From the human T2T-CHM13v2.0 reference genome, Homo sapiens: 64,000 nucleotides of DNA. A model generated the notes under the pieces. The model was not told where the DNA came from. It ran no database searches and was given only the letters and a program-made list of their open reading frames with translations. The stretch lies in assembly GCF_009914755.1 (NCBI RefSeq), contig NC_060926.1; one strand, 5' to 3'. The position numbers were made by a program, and so were the translations under genes. Positions 35,902-55,214 of the stretch are shown here, one piece after another. How positions within the stretch are numbered: the stretch's first letter is position 1; every line of letters begins with the position of its first letter.

Positions 35902-38900
35902 AACACATGCAGTTTTAATGAAAGAGAAGTAGTTGGATGTGCCTGGAGTTGAAGGGACCTGTGAAAGGGTGGCAGAACAAGAGGTTGGAAGGGTGGGATT
36001 TGCCATATGTCGAAGAGCCTTGTGGACCATGCTAGTTTATCCTGTTGGCAGTGGGAGGCTGTTGAACACTTGAAGCCAGTGTGTGCCATGACCAGATTAA
36101 TTTAAAAAAGGAAATTGTGTAGGATGAGAAAGAAAGCTCCATAAAACAGGCACTTTCTTTGTATATTTTGTTTGCTGCAGTACCCATAGTGCCTTGCATC
36201 CAGTTTGTTGGATGAATGAATAGATGAATTGGAACAGAGTTGAGTCTGTGCACTAGTTTTGTGGCTATTGGAGTAATTGGAGGGAGGAAAGATGCAGGCC
36301 TGAATAGAAGAACTGAAATGACAGAGAAGTGACGGTTTCAGAGAGATTTTGGAAGCGGGATTGACAGGATGTGGTGGCCACTTGGAGGTGAGGTAGGAGG
36401 AGGAGTAGAGGAGGGTGACACTGAGGTTCATGAGGATGGGAATAAAGGAAGAGGCGGTCTGGGGAGGTTAGAGTGATATGTTTTGTATGAGGTGCCTGTG
36501 AGACATAGAGGTGTTCTGAGACAGATTGGAATATGTGCCTGAGGTCAAGAGAGTCCGGAGATGGGTGCTGAGATTTCAGATGTGGAAGTTGTTGACTGGT
36601 GGGTAGAGGGGTAGTTGGTGAAGCCTTGGAAGTAAATGCAATTGCCCAAGAAAAGGGTGATGCGAAGTGGAATGGGAGGACCTAATCTGACTCTTTTTAC
36701 TTTCATCTCCCACTACTCTTCATCACCCCACACACCCTGATGACTCTCCCTAGACAGAATTAGTCACTGCCTCCTCTGTGGGCTGACATAACATTTTGTA
36801 CCCACAACTGCTGCAGCACTTGAGTTCTGCTGAGCTTGTTTGCACATTCACCACCTTCCTTGGGCTCTGACCACTCAGTGTGCTGTTCATCTTTGTATTG
36901 CTGACACCTAACCCCCGCCTTGACCCAGTGTACTCAGTACTGACCAGATTCTTGAATCCTGTGCTATGATATCCATGTGGAAGTTAGGCATTGGTACCCA
37001 CACAGGGAATGTATTAAACTGCTTTTTAAATCAAGAGTGATCATCTTCTCTAATCACAGGTAACATCCTCAAGCAAATCAGAATGAGAGCACCCATTCAG
37101 GAAACCTGAACAGGGAAGGTGAACCCCTGTCCTGACCAAAATTGGGTATGTTTAGAGGGCTTTTCTTGTATTCCTTCTGCTCTAAGTCCTATTATTCTGA
37201 TCCTGAAGGTGCAGACAGCGGCATGTAAGGAAAATTGATCAGTGAAGTAGCAACTAATGGCATCTAGCATGACTTACGAAGCCATATAAGATGTGTGATT
37301 GAAAGTCAAAAGCTTGGTACCTAGAACCCCTGAAAATCTAAAAAATAAAACACCTAGCCTGTCTTTTAAGACTGTTCATCCCTACAGTGTATTATCATCT
37401 TCTTGTGATTATCTTACGATTACAAGCGTAAATTGAAGAAAAGATTGCTGTATGAAATCTCACTGTCAGTGAGTCATCTCAGCATTTTTACCTTATTTTC
37501 AAAGACCCAACCAGAAAAGAGGAAACTCTTTTGCACTTTTCAATCAAGAAACTTAAACATAAAGCAGTAGAGGGCTTCCCTAATAACATGTTTCCTCCAG
37601 CATTCAAAATTAGTGACTTCACATCACTAATATGTGTCTTACTTATTTTGAGTATAAATGATTGGGCAAAGAATCCTTGGGAAAAAATAGCCTATTTATT
37701 TCAAATACTGTATAGTGGATTCTCTGTGCCTGTGACTCACCTCCTTCCCTCCATCACTGTTCTCATACTCAGGATGCAAAGGTTCAGTCTCTGTCTTCAA
37801 AAGTGAGCTCCCAGTCTAGCTGGAGGGAGTGATGAGTGAACAAATAATTACAGCGTAATCCTTTGGTAAACCAGAGCAGGCAGTAATTAACTCTGCCTAG
37901 AGATGAAGTGGCGCTGGAGAGAGTTCAAGGAGGCTTCACAGAGAAGGTGGCAGTGGAAAGCTGAATCACCTGGTAGGCAAGGCGGGAGGAGGGGATGTCA
38001 GATCAGTGAGGGTCTTTTGTGCTGAGCAGATGAGTTTGGATCATAGGAAGGTGTGAGAAAATTTTTTGCCTTTTTTTTTTCGTAAACAGTTTTTCATGAA
38101 AAAAGGTCATCAAAGTAAAATGTATTAAGTTTTTTTTAAGCCTGCTGACTGATTTTTATTAACTTTGCCTAGAATGCCTTTAAGCTTGGAGCCTGTATGA
38201 TCCTGGGTACTCAGTCTTGGGGTTAGAATATAACTTGAGGGCAAGCTCTCAGCCTAGATCATCATTTCAGTTATAGTACTTACCTCTGAGTAGCTACTCC
38301 ATAAACATTTGTTGATTGAATGAGTGAGTGAATGAATGCAGCATCAAATACAGTATCTGAAATAAAGACTTCAATTTTTTTTGGAAGGACTTTTTAAAAA
38401 AGACATTAGACAGTTTTATATGTTCTGACTTTGTTGGATTTTGGTAAAAGATTTCAGAATTGGATTTTTTTTCTCATGTTTTTCATCTTGTTCAGGAGAT
38501 GAAAATGCCTAGAGGTGATAAATATAGGCTCCTATGAAATACAGCTGTATTAGACGTAAAATAATGGGATCTGTTATTTTGGGTATTACATCATATGCTA
38601 TCTTGCTGCTAGATTTTAGCATTACATAGCTATGGTAGGCATTGTCAGTTTATAGAAAATTTTGTGGGGAGAAAAAAACATGCCTTAGGAAAAGATGAGT
38701 GGTAACAACAGAACTCTTTGTCCCAGCTTGTGGAATGAGAATAGTGGAGCTAATGAAAATCAACATGTTGAAGTAATATACTCTTAAGAAAGTACCTTCC
38801 ACCTTTTTTTAAGGTTGTGGCAATATAACAACAGAGAACACTGGTGGCCAGGGTCCTAAGGGAAGGTTTGATGCTGCTTGTAAGTTCTGATACCTTCCAA

Positions 38901-38932
38901 AATTCATAATACTGAGAGTATATTGAAAGACA

Positions 38933-39711
<779 letters not shown>

Positions 39712-41204
39712 AGGAAAGATAGCAGCTAAGCTGGGATCTAACTAAATTGCAGTAAGTCTGAGATAGTGATATCATAAGAGATTGGCTGAAGAAGTATGGC
39801 TTTCTGTAGACAGGGGTGTTCTGGTCACTAGGAGGAGGCTTCTGAAGCAATGGAGAGCAAAACACCACCACTCTTAGGAACCCCCTGTGAACATCTTGAA
39901 ACATTTGTCAAAACAAACAAACAAACAACACCCCAGCAAGAAGGGAAAAAAAAAATCTATGATGATCAGGTATCACAGCACTGAGAAAGTTATACTGTGT
40001 CTGGCTTTAATAAAACCATGTAACTTTGAATTATTTTTTAAAGTAATTATTCCACATCTGTGGGTGGTACCTGGCACAGCTCAGTTCCAGTGGAATTAGT
40101 TTAAGAAATACTGCCCTGTAGTGAATTACCCAGGCTCTCCAAGGCTGAGAAACATGGATGGCACAGCTCTCAGGACATTTCACCACCATTTACTGTCATT
40201 GTATGCTGAAGCTGCCTTGTGATTACTAAACTAGCTTTCCAGAAGCCTTGGAATGGGGCATGGGTTACAGAGTACCCTGAGTATTAGGTGTTATTGTTCC
40301 AGTCATTGGAACTGTATATTTCCTGTTACATCTAATTTGTTGGCATTCTAGAATTAATGTGTTTAAATTGCATGAGTCAATTTCTTGGAGTCCTGACTGC
40401 TCTTAGATGAACTAATAGTGTCTGACCTCAGAGCCCTTCCTTTCCATCTGCAACAGTTTTTTAAGGTAATTGTTTTTAACTTTTAAAAAATATAAGTAAT
40501 TCTAACAATTGTTCAATCCCAGCCATCTAACAAATCAGCTACGTTTATCTTTTCATTTAATTAAAATAGCTTTTTAGCTATTAAATAGCAGGGACCATAT
40601 TTTAGACTTGTTAAACAACCTACAATCTAAATATTGACCATCTGGGCCAAATATTTTAAGCGAGGGCTTACTCAGGGCAGACAGGTATCTGATAATATAC
40701 ACATTCAACCACTTCGCACCTGACCAGTGTGGTAGGAATTCAGAGCTAGAGAAGTCCTGAAGAAGTGGCACCTTAGGCTTGCTGGGGGAAAGGATTTAGA
40801 CACAGGCCTGGAAGAGCAGGGGAGGGCATTTATTCATTGGAGTGTGGGAAGAGCAGGGATCGAACAGATGTGAAGAAGCACACACAAGTTAGGTGGAGGT
40901 GGGGACTGAGAGATGAGCGTGACTGTACAAATCCACAGATTCATGCTGTTTGTTCTTATCCTGCCTATTCAGAGAGGAGTTGGGGTGGCATGTAGTAAAT
41001 GTCATCTATTAAATGTGTGGGTTCTTATGCTGAGACATCAGCACCCCAATCAGTAACCATAAGTGGAAGGATGCCCCCCTTCTTTCCCTTGAGAAAGATT
41101 ACTTCTGATAGAGGAGATTGAGGTCCAGATACAGTCTTAAGATTTATTTTTTATTTTTCACAAATGTAGGTTTCAGAGGGAACTGAAATTAGTAATATAT
41201 TGTG

Positions 41205-42970
41205 TATTTTATTCATTCAGCTAGGTCATTAGGTTGTAATTTGTTTTCTACCCTGGAGGAGCCCCATCCTCTAGCTGGAGAAACACAATGACAATTGCAG
41301 TGATGGAGTCTCACCCAGAATACCAACCATGCAGAAAGGAGGACTAGCTAATCCAGCTTAGAGGTGTCAGGATCTGGAAAGGCTTCACACAGGAGGTTCA
41401 TCTAAACAGAACCTTGAGGATTGAGTAAGAGTTGGTCAGGTGAGGAGAGGAGGCGCTTCAGGAAATGGGAAAGCATATGCAAAGTCATATTTGCAAGAGA
41501 ACATGGCATGATTGGAGTTTGGTCCTGCAGGAGGGTAGGCTACCTAAAGGAAAGCCAAGGCCAGAGAGGCATACACAGGGATCAGATCTTCTTGTGTCTT
41601 GCAGACCATGTTAAAGAGTTTGGAGTTTGTCATGAAGCTTGTTCAGGTCTTAGCTCAGATGTCACTAACTTCCCATTGCACTTAGAATAGAATTCAGACC
41701 TCTTACCATGGCCACAAGGCCCTATGTGATCTGGCCCCGGACTGCCCATGTGGCCACACCCATCTTGAGCCACTCCTCCATTGCTTGCCCTTGCTATAGC
41801 CAGTTAGCCGATAGAGAGCTGTCAAAAGATTGTAAGCAGTGTTATTTCATATTCAGTCTGGCCACAGTATGGAGCATGGATTGAAGAGAGCAAGGCCAGC
41901 ATCAGAAAGGCAAGAGATGATAAGAGGCTGGTCTTGAGCATGGAGGTGGGAATGGAGAGAAAAGGACAAATATGAAAAATGTAGAAGCAAATGCAGAAGG
42001 ATTTGGTGGCCACTGAGGTTTGGCAGAGGAGGGACTTCTGTCAGTGAGTGGATGGTGTGTTCATACCCTGAGGTCTGGGATACAGGAGGAAGCTCAATTT
42101 GGTGGGAAAGATGATTAGTTCATTTAGGAAATATGTTGACTTTGAGGTGTTTGTGGAATGTCCCAAGTGGAGATGTCTGGAGAGTTCTTGAATAGTCTCT
42201 GGAGCTCATGGAGGTATGGGCCAAACATTGGTATAAATGGGAAAAGATAACTTGAATGTTGTGGTACTAGGTTGATTTCATCTCCAAAATATTTCTCGAA
42301 ACAACCACTACTTTTCACTCCTCTGCCATCACCTCGGGGCAAGCTGCTATATCTTTTAACTAGTCTGCCTGCTTCTGCTTCAGCCCATTCTTACACAGCT
42401 AGTGGAGTGATCTTCTAAAAATGAGAAGGAGTCTTATAATTTTCCTACTTAAAACCAATCTTCACTAACTTCCCATTGCCCTTAGAATAGAATTCAGTCT
42501 TCTTACCATAACTACAAAGCCCTGTATGACCTGGCCCTGGACTCCCTGTCTGGCCACACCCATGTTGAGCCACTTCTCCATCACTTGCTCATGCTGTAGC
42601 CATACTGTATGGCTTCTTCTAGGGCCTCAAACTTCTGTATTGTTGTGTGTCAAGTTCTTTCTCTCTTTCAGGTCTTTGCATATGCTACTCCCTTTGCATG
42701 AATTGTCATCTTTTAGGTCTTACCTCAGATGTCATTTTTTCAAGGGAGTCTCCTCTGACCTCCTGGGCTATATTAGTGCCATCCTGCATTTTTTCCTAGC
42801 ACCTAACACAATATGTTAGTAGTTAATTGTGCGTTTGTATCACCCATACAAGCTCTGTGACGACAAAATCCATTCTGTGTTTTGTTTACCATTGTACCCA
42901 CAGTTCCTGACAGTCCTGAGCTCATAGTCAGCACTCCATGAATATTTTTTAGATTTGTTGAATGAATGAG
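41205..42970. mobile_element. Two L2 remnants in opposite orientation (about 41205-42250 and 42280-42970)
   Basis: tttattcattca at the left end and tttgttgaatgaatga at the right end; L2 core motifs on opposite strands. Confidence 0.7.
41662..41802 (+). repeat. 141-bp direct repeat of 42462-42602
   Basis: Ungapped, 119/141 identical by manual count, offset exactly 800 bp. Confidence 0.9.
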
Positions 42971-43207
42971 ATTATAATCATTTTTATTTTTTGTCTTGAA
43001 AAACTTAGAAATTTTACACTGTCACAGTACAAATAGAATGGTGACTCAAGTGATAGAACTTATGGAGCTGATTTCATCTACTTTTACATTTTCAACTGTT
43101 ATTAAATGCTCTGCCTCTGGAAGGTTGAGACATGGAAATTGCAAATTAAATCTTAAAAGGAATTTTTCCTCCCTATTGGCTGTATTCATTATGGTAGTTC
43201 TGGTTAG

Positions 43208-43498
<291 letters not shown>

Positions 43499-44373
43499 TA
43501 GTTGTGGTGGGTAGTTGGCAGGCATGGGTGAATAATCTAATTGTCATAATTTAATTTACTCTCAGTGAGTAAAGTAGCCCAGTTTGAGTATCCTTTTTAA
43601 AATAGCTTCATTCCAGAAAGCAGACCACATACACCAGAGAGGATATGACTTGTTTGAATATGTGCAGTTTTGATTTTTGTGGTTTTTATATGTCTATCTA
43701 AGTGACTGCCTCTGTTGTTTGTGGTTTCCCAAAGCATGTCCAACCATCATGGATGGCTTTGAAGATGAATTTTGTCATTCCTACACTTAAGTATTTATAT
43801 TATTACTTAAGCTAACCACTAGGATTAATAGCTAATTATAGTGATTTTAACTTTTTAAATAAAGTCTTAGAAATTAGAAGGGATATTAGAGAGGTTCCAG
43901 TCACACTTTGAGTCAATGGGAGAGGTTACAGCTAACATTTATGAGCATGTACTATGTGCCAGGCACTGTACTATGCCAAGCACAGTACATTTCACTTACA
44001 CCTCATGGCTTAGGCCCTGGTGTCAAGACTATGGCTTTGGCAGAGGCCATAGAGTTGGTTTCCAGCCACATCAGTCTGAGTAAGGAAAGACTTGTTTCGA
44101 CATGACCCTTAGAGGGAGCAGAAGCACCATGCCTCCTCAGGCACCATGAACTGCTCCTGCCGCCACCTGGGATATTCACTGAGTGGCACATTCTGGTTCT
44201 TAACTCTAATTACTAAACAGTTCTGCCTTTTAATGAGCCATGTTGCACCCCTGTGACTCTGACTCATTGGTTCAAGTTCTACCTCTTAAGTCTTTTAACT
44301 TTTCGCCGTAACAACCCTATATATAGTTGAAGGTAATGATTTTCCTGTTCTTTCTCCCCCTCAAGTCTCTCTC

Positions 44374-44667
44374 CTTTTTTTTTTTTTTTTGACAGTCTCA
44401 TTCTGTCACCCAGGCTGGGGTGCAATGGTGTGATCTCGGCCCACTGTAACCTCCAACTCCTGGGTTCAAGTGATTCTCATGCCTCAGCCTCCTGAGTAGC
44501 TGGGACTATGGGTGCATGCCACCATGCTGGGATACTTTTTGTATCTTTAGTAGAGACAGGGTTTCGCCATGTTGGCCAGGCTGGTCTCAAACTCCTGGGC
44601 TCAAGTGATCCACCCACCTTGGCCTCCAAAGTGCTGGGATTATAGGCATGAGCCACCATGCCTGGTC
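44374..44667 (-). mobile_element. Alu
   Basis: Antisense dimer, aagtct direct repeats. Confidence 0.9.
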
Positions 44668-45073
44668 AAGTCTTCTCTCTTTGAAGCCAAACACCTCCAG
44701 TTTTCCTCCAGGCTATTCTTTACTCTGAAGTAACTTTACCTAAGTGATGAGTCCTAGTTTGTTCACTTTCCACTTTGAATTTACTAAGAGTGCTACTTGG
44801 AGGTGAACAGGACATTCTGGATGTAGTCTAAGTGGGACAGAGTATCATGGAACTTGTTCTGGGTGCCATTTTTTTTTATTCCAACCCAGAATTGTGTTAC
44901 CTTTTGTGGCTGGCATATCATGCCTATTGAGGATTTTTGCTGCTTAAGTTGTCTCTTTATATGTCTGTATGTGTGCCTGTGTGTGTATTTGTGAAATTAA
45001 CTTTCCTATGCAGGAATAAATTACATATCTTTTTCTGAGTATGCCACAGGTCACCTGTGTGTATTTCAAAATA

Positions 45074-45411
45074 CAGTCATGGGCTGCATAATGATGTTTC
45101 TGTCAATGATAGACCTTGTATACAATGGTGGCCCCATAAGATTATAACAACATATTTTTACTGTACCTTTTCTATGTTTAGATACACAAATACTTACCAT
45201 TGTGTTACAGTTGCCTACAGTATTCAATACAGTAGCATGCGATACAGCTTTGTAGCCTAGGAGCAATAGGGTGTGTCATATAGCATAGGTGTGTAGCAGG
45301 CTATCCCATCTAGGTTTGTGTGAGTACATTTTCTGATGGTCACACAGTGACAAAATTGTCTAATGACACATTTCTCAGAACATATTCCTGTTGTTAAGTG
45401 GTACATGATTG
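45074..45411 (+). mobile_element. Tigger3a-type (MER7) DNA transposon
   Basis: Terminal inverted repeats cagtcatg / catgattg, about 340 bp. Confidence 0.8.
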
Positions 45412-45414
45412 CAT

Positions 45415-45883
45415 GTCCACAATTGTTTGATATTCCTCCCTTCTAGAAGTAGAGCGTAATTCTTGCCTTGAATGCAGCTGGACTTTGTGATTTGTTTCTA
45501 GTAAATAGAAAGTAGCAAAAATAAGAAATACCTTTCTAGGGTAGGACATAAGAGACACTGTAGCTTCCATCTTGTTCTGGGGGAAGCCAGCTGCCATGTC
45601 AGGAAGCAGCCTTTTCAAGGGGGCCACACGGAAGGAACTGAGGCCTCCTGTGAACAGGTACGTGAGTCTTTTTGGAATTGGATCTTTCAGCCACAGTCCA
45701 GCCTTCATACAACTGTAGCCTCAGCCAACATCTTGACTGAAACTTCATGAGAAACCCTGAGGCCCAGCCACCCAGCTAAGCTCCTTCCCAAATTCCTTCC
45801 CCATAGAAACTGAGATAATGAATGTTTTTGTTTAAGCCACTGAATTCTGGCATAATTTGTTAGGCAGCAATAGATAACTAATC
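45415..45883 (+). mobile_element. MaLR LTR (MLT1F/G-like)
   Basis: gaagccagctgccatgt, cccagctaagc, gcagcaatagataactaa motifs. Confidence 0.7.
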
Positions 45884-45899
45884 ATCCTGTAATCCCATT

Positions 45900-48970
<3,071 letters not shown>

Positions 48971-50226
48971 GCCGTATCTTTTGTTTTCTCCTGTTTCTGA
49001 CAACAGCCCTGTCTGAGCACAGAGACTAGTCCTCTCCTTTTGAATTGCTAAGTAATTTTGTGTCCAATTATTGTTCATCTGTTTGCTTATATTTTTGGAA
49101 GGATGTTTGCATTTGTTCTGTAGCTGAGATGGGTTCTTTCAGAAATTGTGTTGGTTTCTTTTACATTTTTGGTTCCAGAAGAGTCTCTCTTTGATAGCCC
49201 AAAGCCCACTGGTGCAATAGAACCCACCAGTCAACCTATTGCATCTGCCAGCACAGCACTCCGCTCCACATACAGTGTGTGAATTGTGCAACAGGCCCAG
49301 GGCTGCTCCCAACCATCTCTAGTGACACCACAGAGACTACAGGAGACACAAATTTGTCCTCCTACTTCTACCTCCAGCTCTTAGTCAGGGGCCACGTGTG
49401 AGGCTGGTATGTGTGGGCTTGCGGGGTCAGAAGGAGGGAAATCCCGAAAATACCTCTGAGTTAAATGTTTTTCTGGTCCACTCTGCTCTATATGTGTTGT
49501 TTCTGCTGAAGCCTTTCAAAGGGCTAAGACCCTTCTTTGGAATCTAATAGTGCTATTTTGCCAAATTGGACTTCTTACTGTTGTTGAATCTTTTTTCTCC
49601 TTCTGTCCTGTTGTCTCTACCTGAAGTACAATCTTCTTAATCTCCATTTCCATCTGTGAGAATTCTACTCATCAGTTACTTCCCAGCTTAATGCCACTTT
49701 CTTTCAGAAACTCCCTGAGATTCCTTCCACCATCAGTAATCGTCCCTTCATCACATGTTCTGCCTTACATTCCAGCTTCGTACATCCTCATCACCCTCTT
49801 CCTTTCTGCACTGTGAGCTCTTTGAGTTCAGGAACTGTCTTGTTCACCTTTAGATGGAGGGTGTTGGAATGATGAGGTTAGAGGAAGCCAGGTTTGAGTC
49901 CCTTCAACATTTACTCGCCATGAAACCTTGCACAAGTAAGTTACTTAACCTCTGAGTGGATTTTCCCCTCTGGAAAATGGGCATTACAACAGTACCTACC
50001 TCATGAAGCTGTTTTGAAGATTAATTGAGGTAACATACCACAGTAAAGGTTGAAATAAATGTTAATTCCTTTTTCTATACCCTTACGGTACCCTGCCCAT
50101 GTAGCGCCTCATCCACACAGGCCTTCAGTGATTGGTGATTGAATAAAAAATACAGATCCAAAGTGCTTTTGTACAAAATTCACTTTTGCATTGTTGAGTC
50201 AATGGCAGATCCAGAAAAGAATCTGA

Positions 50227-50533
50227 GGCTGGGCGTGGTGGCTCACGCCTGTAATTCCAGCACTTTGGGAGGACAGGAGTTCGAGACCAGCCTGGCCAAC
50301 ATGGTGAAACCCTGTCTCTACTAAAAATACAAAAATTAGCTTGTCGTGGTGGCGGGTGCCTGTGATCCCAGCCACTCAGGAGGCTGAGGCAGGAGAATCA
50401 CTTGAACTCGGCTGGGGTGGGGAGGAGGGCGGAGGTTGCAGTGAGCCGGGAGGTTGCAGTGAGCTGAGATCGTGCCACTGCACTCCAGCCTGGGTGGCAG
50501 AGTGAGACTCTGTCTCAAAAAAAAAAAAAAAAA
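50227..50533 (+). mobile_element. AluS with internal deletion, G-rich insert and short duplication
   Basis: See finding. Confidence 0.9.
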
Positions 50534-51183
50534 AGAATCCGGGGCTGCTGAACATCCCACACTTGTGCCCACTTGCACATGCCGAGTAAGTGGAACGTTT
50601 TAATTATGTTTCATAAAGTCTCTAGAATTAAGTAGGGTTTTGTTTTAACAAACAAATTGTACTCCTTATATGAAAGATAAAATTCTATTTGGTGGTTGAT
50701 TGGTTGGATTTTCAAATAAGCAGTTGCTTTCTGGTTTGCCTTGACATTTTATAAACATAACTACAGATGGAAGCTCAAAAGAGAGGCAACATAGTGTTAT
50801 AGTGGAAAGATTTGATTCAGAGTTAAATTTTAGATGGTTGTTGACTGTTAACTCCTCCCCAGACAGACTTCACAAATCCCTCAATCAGTGATCGTGTTAA
50901 TTCTATATATGGTTCTTCCTCTGCTTTTGTTATATTGAAGTGGCATGTCATCTCCCTTTAGAGAGTCTTATTTAATAGGTAGGAAAATCTCATCCCTGAT
51001 TATGAAATTTTGACTAAGCTGGGGATCTGATTCTACCTTTTTGGTGGAAGGAAACTTTTGTAATTTCTTCTTTCATTGATTATTAAACCTGTTTGGGGAG
51101 GTAGGGGTGTGTGTGGAGGGGTGTACCCCATGGAGTAAATATGCTTTCTAGGAAATTTTCTTCTTTTTTTCATCTCCCTCTAG

Positions 51184-51372
<189 letters not shown>

Positions 51373-53341
51373 TAAAATGCCAAGCCCTCCACCAGTCACA
51401 AGCCCCATGCTCAGTGCTGCCTGTTTGATCTTGCACAGATCCTGCACTGCTATGGTCACTGATGATTATAATTTGAAAAATTGTCTTCTTTTTTAAAGAC
51501 AACACTATACAGATTTGTCCAGAGTTGTACTTCTACCAGATTGTCATCTATGTCAAGAAAGGAAATTGGGTTTTTCATCAACTGAATGCTTTGAATTTCT
51601 TACATTGCTACTGATTACCTTATGTTTCCTTATTTTCTGGCATGGAGCAAGCTGGTAGCCACCTAATGTAACCATCACATGCTAAAAGGCACATAATAGA
51701 CACTTAAGTAGCAGTGTATATTCTAAGAAATCAAATGATTCAGTGGTTGATTATCCCCTTTAAGAAAAAAGCAGACGAAATTAAAATTTGTGTTCCTGAA
51801 AATGATATAAGAGATATTTTCAGCCTTTTTTTTTTATTCTTCAAGAAAGGATGCTTAGGCAGAAATAGCACATCTGAGAAACTGGCTTCTGTCTCAGATT
51901 TAGCCCTTTTTGACCCCTTCTTCTGTGAGAGGGCTTTTTGCTGGCCAGAGTCTAGTGGACATCAGTGCCTGTGTCAGATCAGGGATGGGCATCATCCTGA
52001 CCACCTGAGGGAGTGAGATGTGAAGTCACTTTGAATGCAAGCTAGCAGCACCCTGGGAAGTGAGCCCATCTGCTCCAGAAGAGCTAGGCCGTGCAGGCTC
52101 CGGAATGCCTGGCTCTGCTGCAGAGACCAGGCTGTGACTTGAGGTTAAGCCGCCTAGAGACAAAGTCAGGATGGCTTGATCTGGACACTGCTGGAGTTTT
52201 TCTTATCTGAAGCCTATGAATGACCAGTGTCAGTGTGAAATGGTGCTTTCAAGCAAAACGATCTTTCTTAAGGCTCTTTGAATTATCAAAATGGGAAGTG
52301 GTACATTTTCATTGTCACTGCTGAAGACACTCAGTTGGTTACTCTTTTAATTCCAAATTAGACAAACTAGTTCTATTTCTTAGTGCTTCCGGAAAGCCTC
52401 CTAGAAGAAAAAAAATAAGGATACATTTGTAAATGACAAGTGATTTTTCTGACTTTACCCTAAAATCATGTAAGATATGTAAAACAAACCCTATAGGCTA
52501 TCCGTTCCTTGTTTACGTACCCCGAGAGAGCCTACTTTTTATAAAAGCTAAATATGTGAATTACAAATGGCTGGGCTATAGGTTTTACTTCTTTTTCAGC
52601 TGTTGGATATCCCACCTGCCTGTTTTCCTCTCTTCTCTCCCAAGCCATGCCTCTCGGACTCAGAAGTTGAATTACATATAACCACATGGGTTGTTTGGAA
52701 ACATAGTCAGTCTTTATTTCTAGCCGCTTCATGAAGTAGGTGTGTGAGACCCTCAGAGGAAAATAGAGAAGTAGAAACACTTTGTTAATTAGAAATGCAT
52801 TAAGAAGCTGCATGGATCTTAACCTTTGCTTGTAAAGGAAGAGGTAATAATTGATTACACTGTGGGCATACAACATTCCAGGTGCTATCTTCAGTGAGGG
52901 CATTTTCGAGACAGAAAGGAAAACTAATCACAAGTTCTAATCCCGAGGGTAATTTAGACTTTGTTCACTTGCACAGATTTATTGGATGCCTCCTGTGTTG
53001 AAGCACCAAGGCTGGCCCTGGGGCTGCAGCAGTGAATAAGGCAGACCCAGTCCCCGCCTAACAGGGACTGAACACATGCTCACGTGTGTGATATTTGTTC
53101 CAAAGGAGGAACACAGGTTATCTGGGAGAGTTGATTATAGCGAGGAAGAAATCTTAGTCTTTTCTGTTTGAGTTAAAGGAAACATTAGCATATGGTTTTA
53201 GAGCAGAGGCCCTGACTCCTAGATCCTTATGCCCTGTTCTGTCCTGCAGCCCCTGCATTCAGTCTGCAGTACTTCCCTCCCACTCAGCACCACACCCTTC
53301 TGCCCCTCACCCCATCACCACCACAAGCTTTGAAGAAATAA

Positions 53342-53715
<374 letters not shown>

Positions 53716-54857
53716 CACTTTATAGGATCTTAATTTCATCTTCTAGTTATCTGTAAAGAACTCAAAAACATTTTGAGTTTAAAATGTTACCCTTTTATTT
53801 GTTCTCATCAACTAGACTATGGCTAAACCATTCCAGACTGGGAAAGTTTACTTGTGGAGTTTCTAAGTTAGCTTCTTCATAGCCTAACAAAAAGCAGTTA
53901 TAATAATAACTAAGATATCTAGAAGACTATGTGCCAGTCACTCTTCTAAGCACTTTGTGAGGATTATTACAAGACATCATCATAACAGGCTGAGAGGATT
54001 TAGGTGACTTGCCTGAAGTTACATAGCTAGTGAATGTTTCAGCCAGTATCAGACCCTGAAATGTTATTCTGGAAGGTATTCTCTCAGTGGTGACACTCAC
54101 AGCCTTGCAGTCTGTACTTTCCTGAGCCATCATACACAAGGGTTCTGAATTTTATTTTCTCCAAAGTGGCCAGTTGCTGAGCATTGCCTTGGAAACTGGA
54201 GTCCCTTGCTTAGGATGCAAATTGTGTTTTTTATTAAAATGCCTGAGGTTTGAAAGCAGGATTGACCCCTGGTTTGTCTGAAGCCATGGTTTATGTTTAG
54301 CTCTGATTTCCTGTTTACCAGATGCTCTTTTGGTTGTAGAAATAAGCAGGGGGCAAAGCTGGTTTGATTTTTAGCTTTAGCTTTCTTTTATCTGAACTAG
54401 AAACTCAGCAGCAGAGGAAGCAAGCAAGCAGGAGCTCATAATGCATTTTGCAGGAGAGTCTGCTTTCTTAGTAATACTGAAATTAGTAGGAAATGCATTT
54501 TCTGCTCCATAGAGGACACCACATAAATACTATTTCTTCTGCATGTCTCAGCTAAACAAAAGGATGGCTCAGTAGCCTGGAGACTTAGAAGCCCTCAGTC
54601 CTTGTATGAAATTTAGTGGGTGGATTTATACTGGATTCACTTGTTTGTTTTGGGCCTTGCTATAATAATAATAAGGAAATCTCAAAAGTTCAAGTTTACA
54701 TATATTTGCTGTATGTTCTGACTGGTTTCTAGCAGAGAAAATTGTTAGGGACCAATGATACTATCTTCTGTCTCTTTTCTTCCAGTGAATCAATCCATCT
54801 GGAAAGGTGTGATTTCAGCCTCCAAAGTCTAGATCCTATTTCCCATCTTAGTACTGA

Positions 54858-55214
<357 letters not shown>

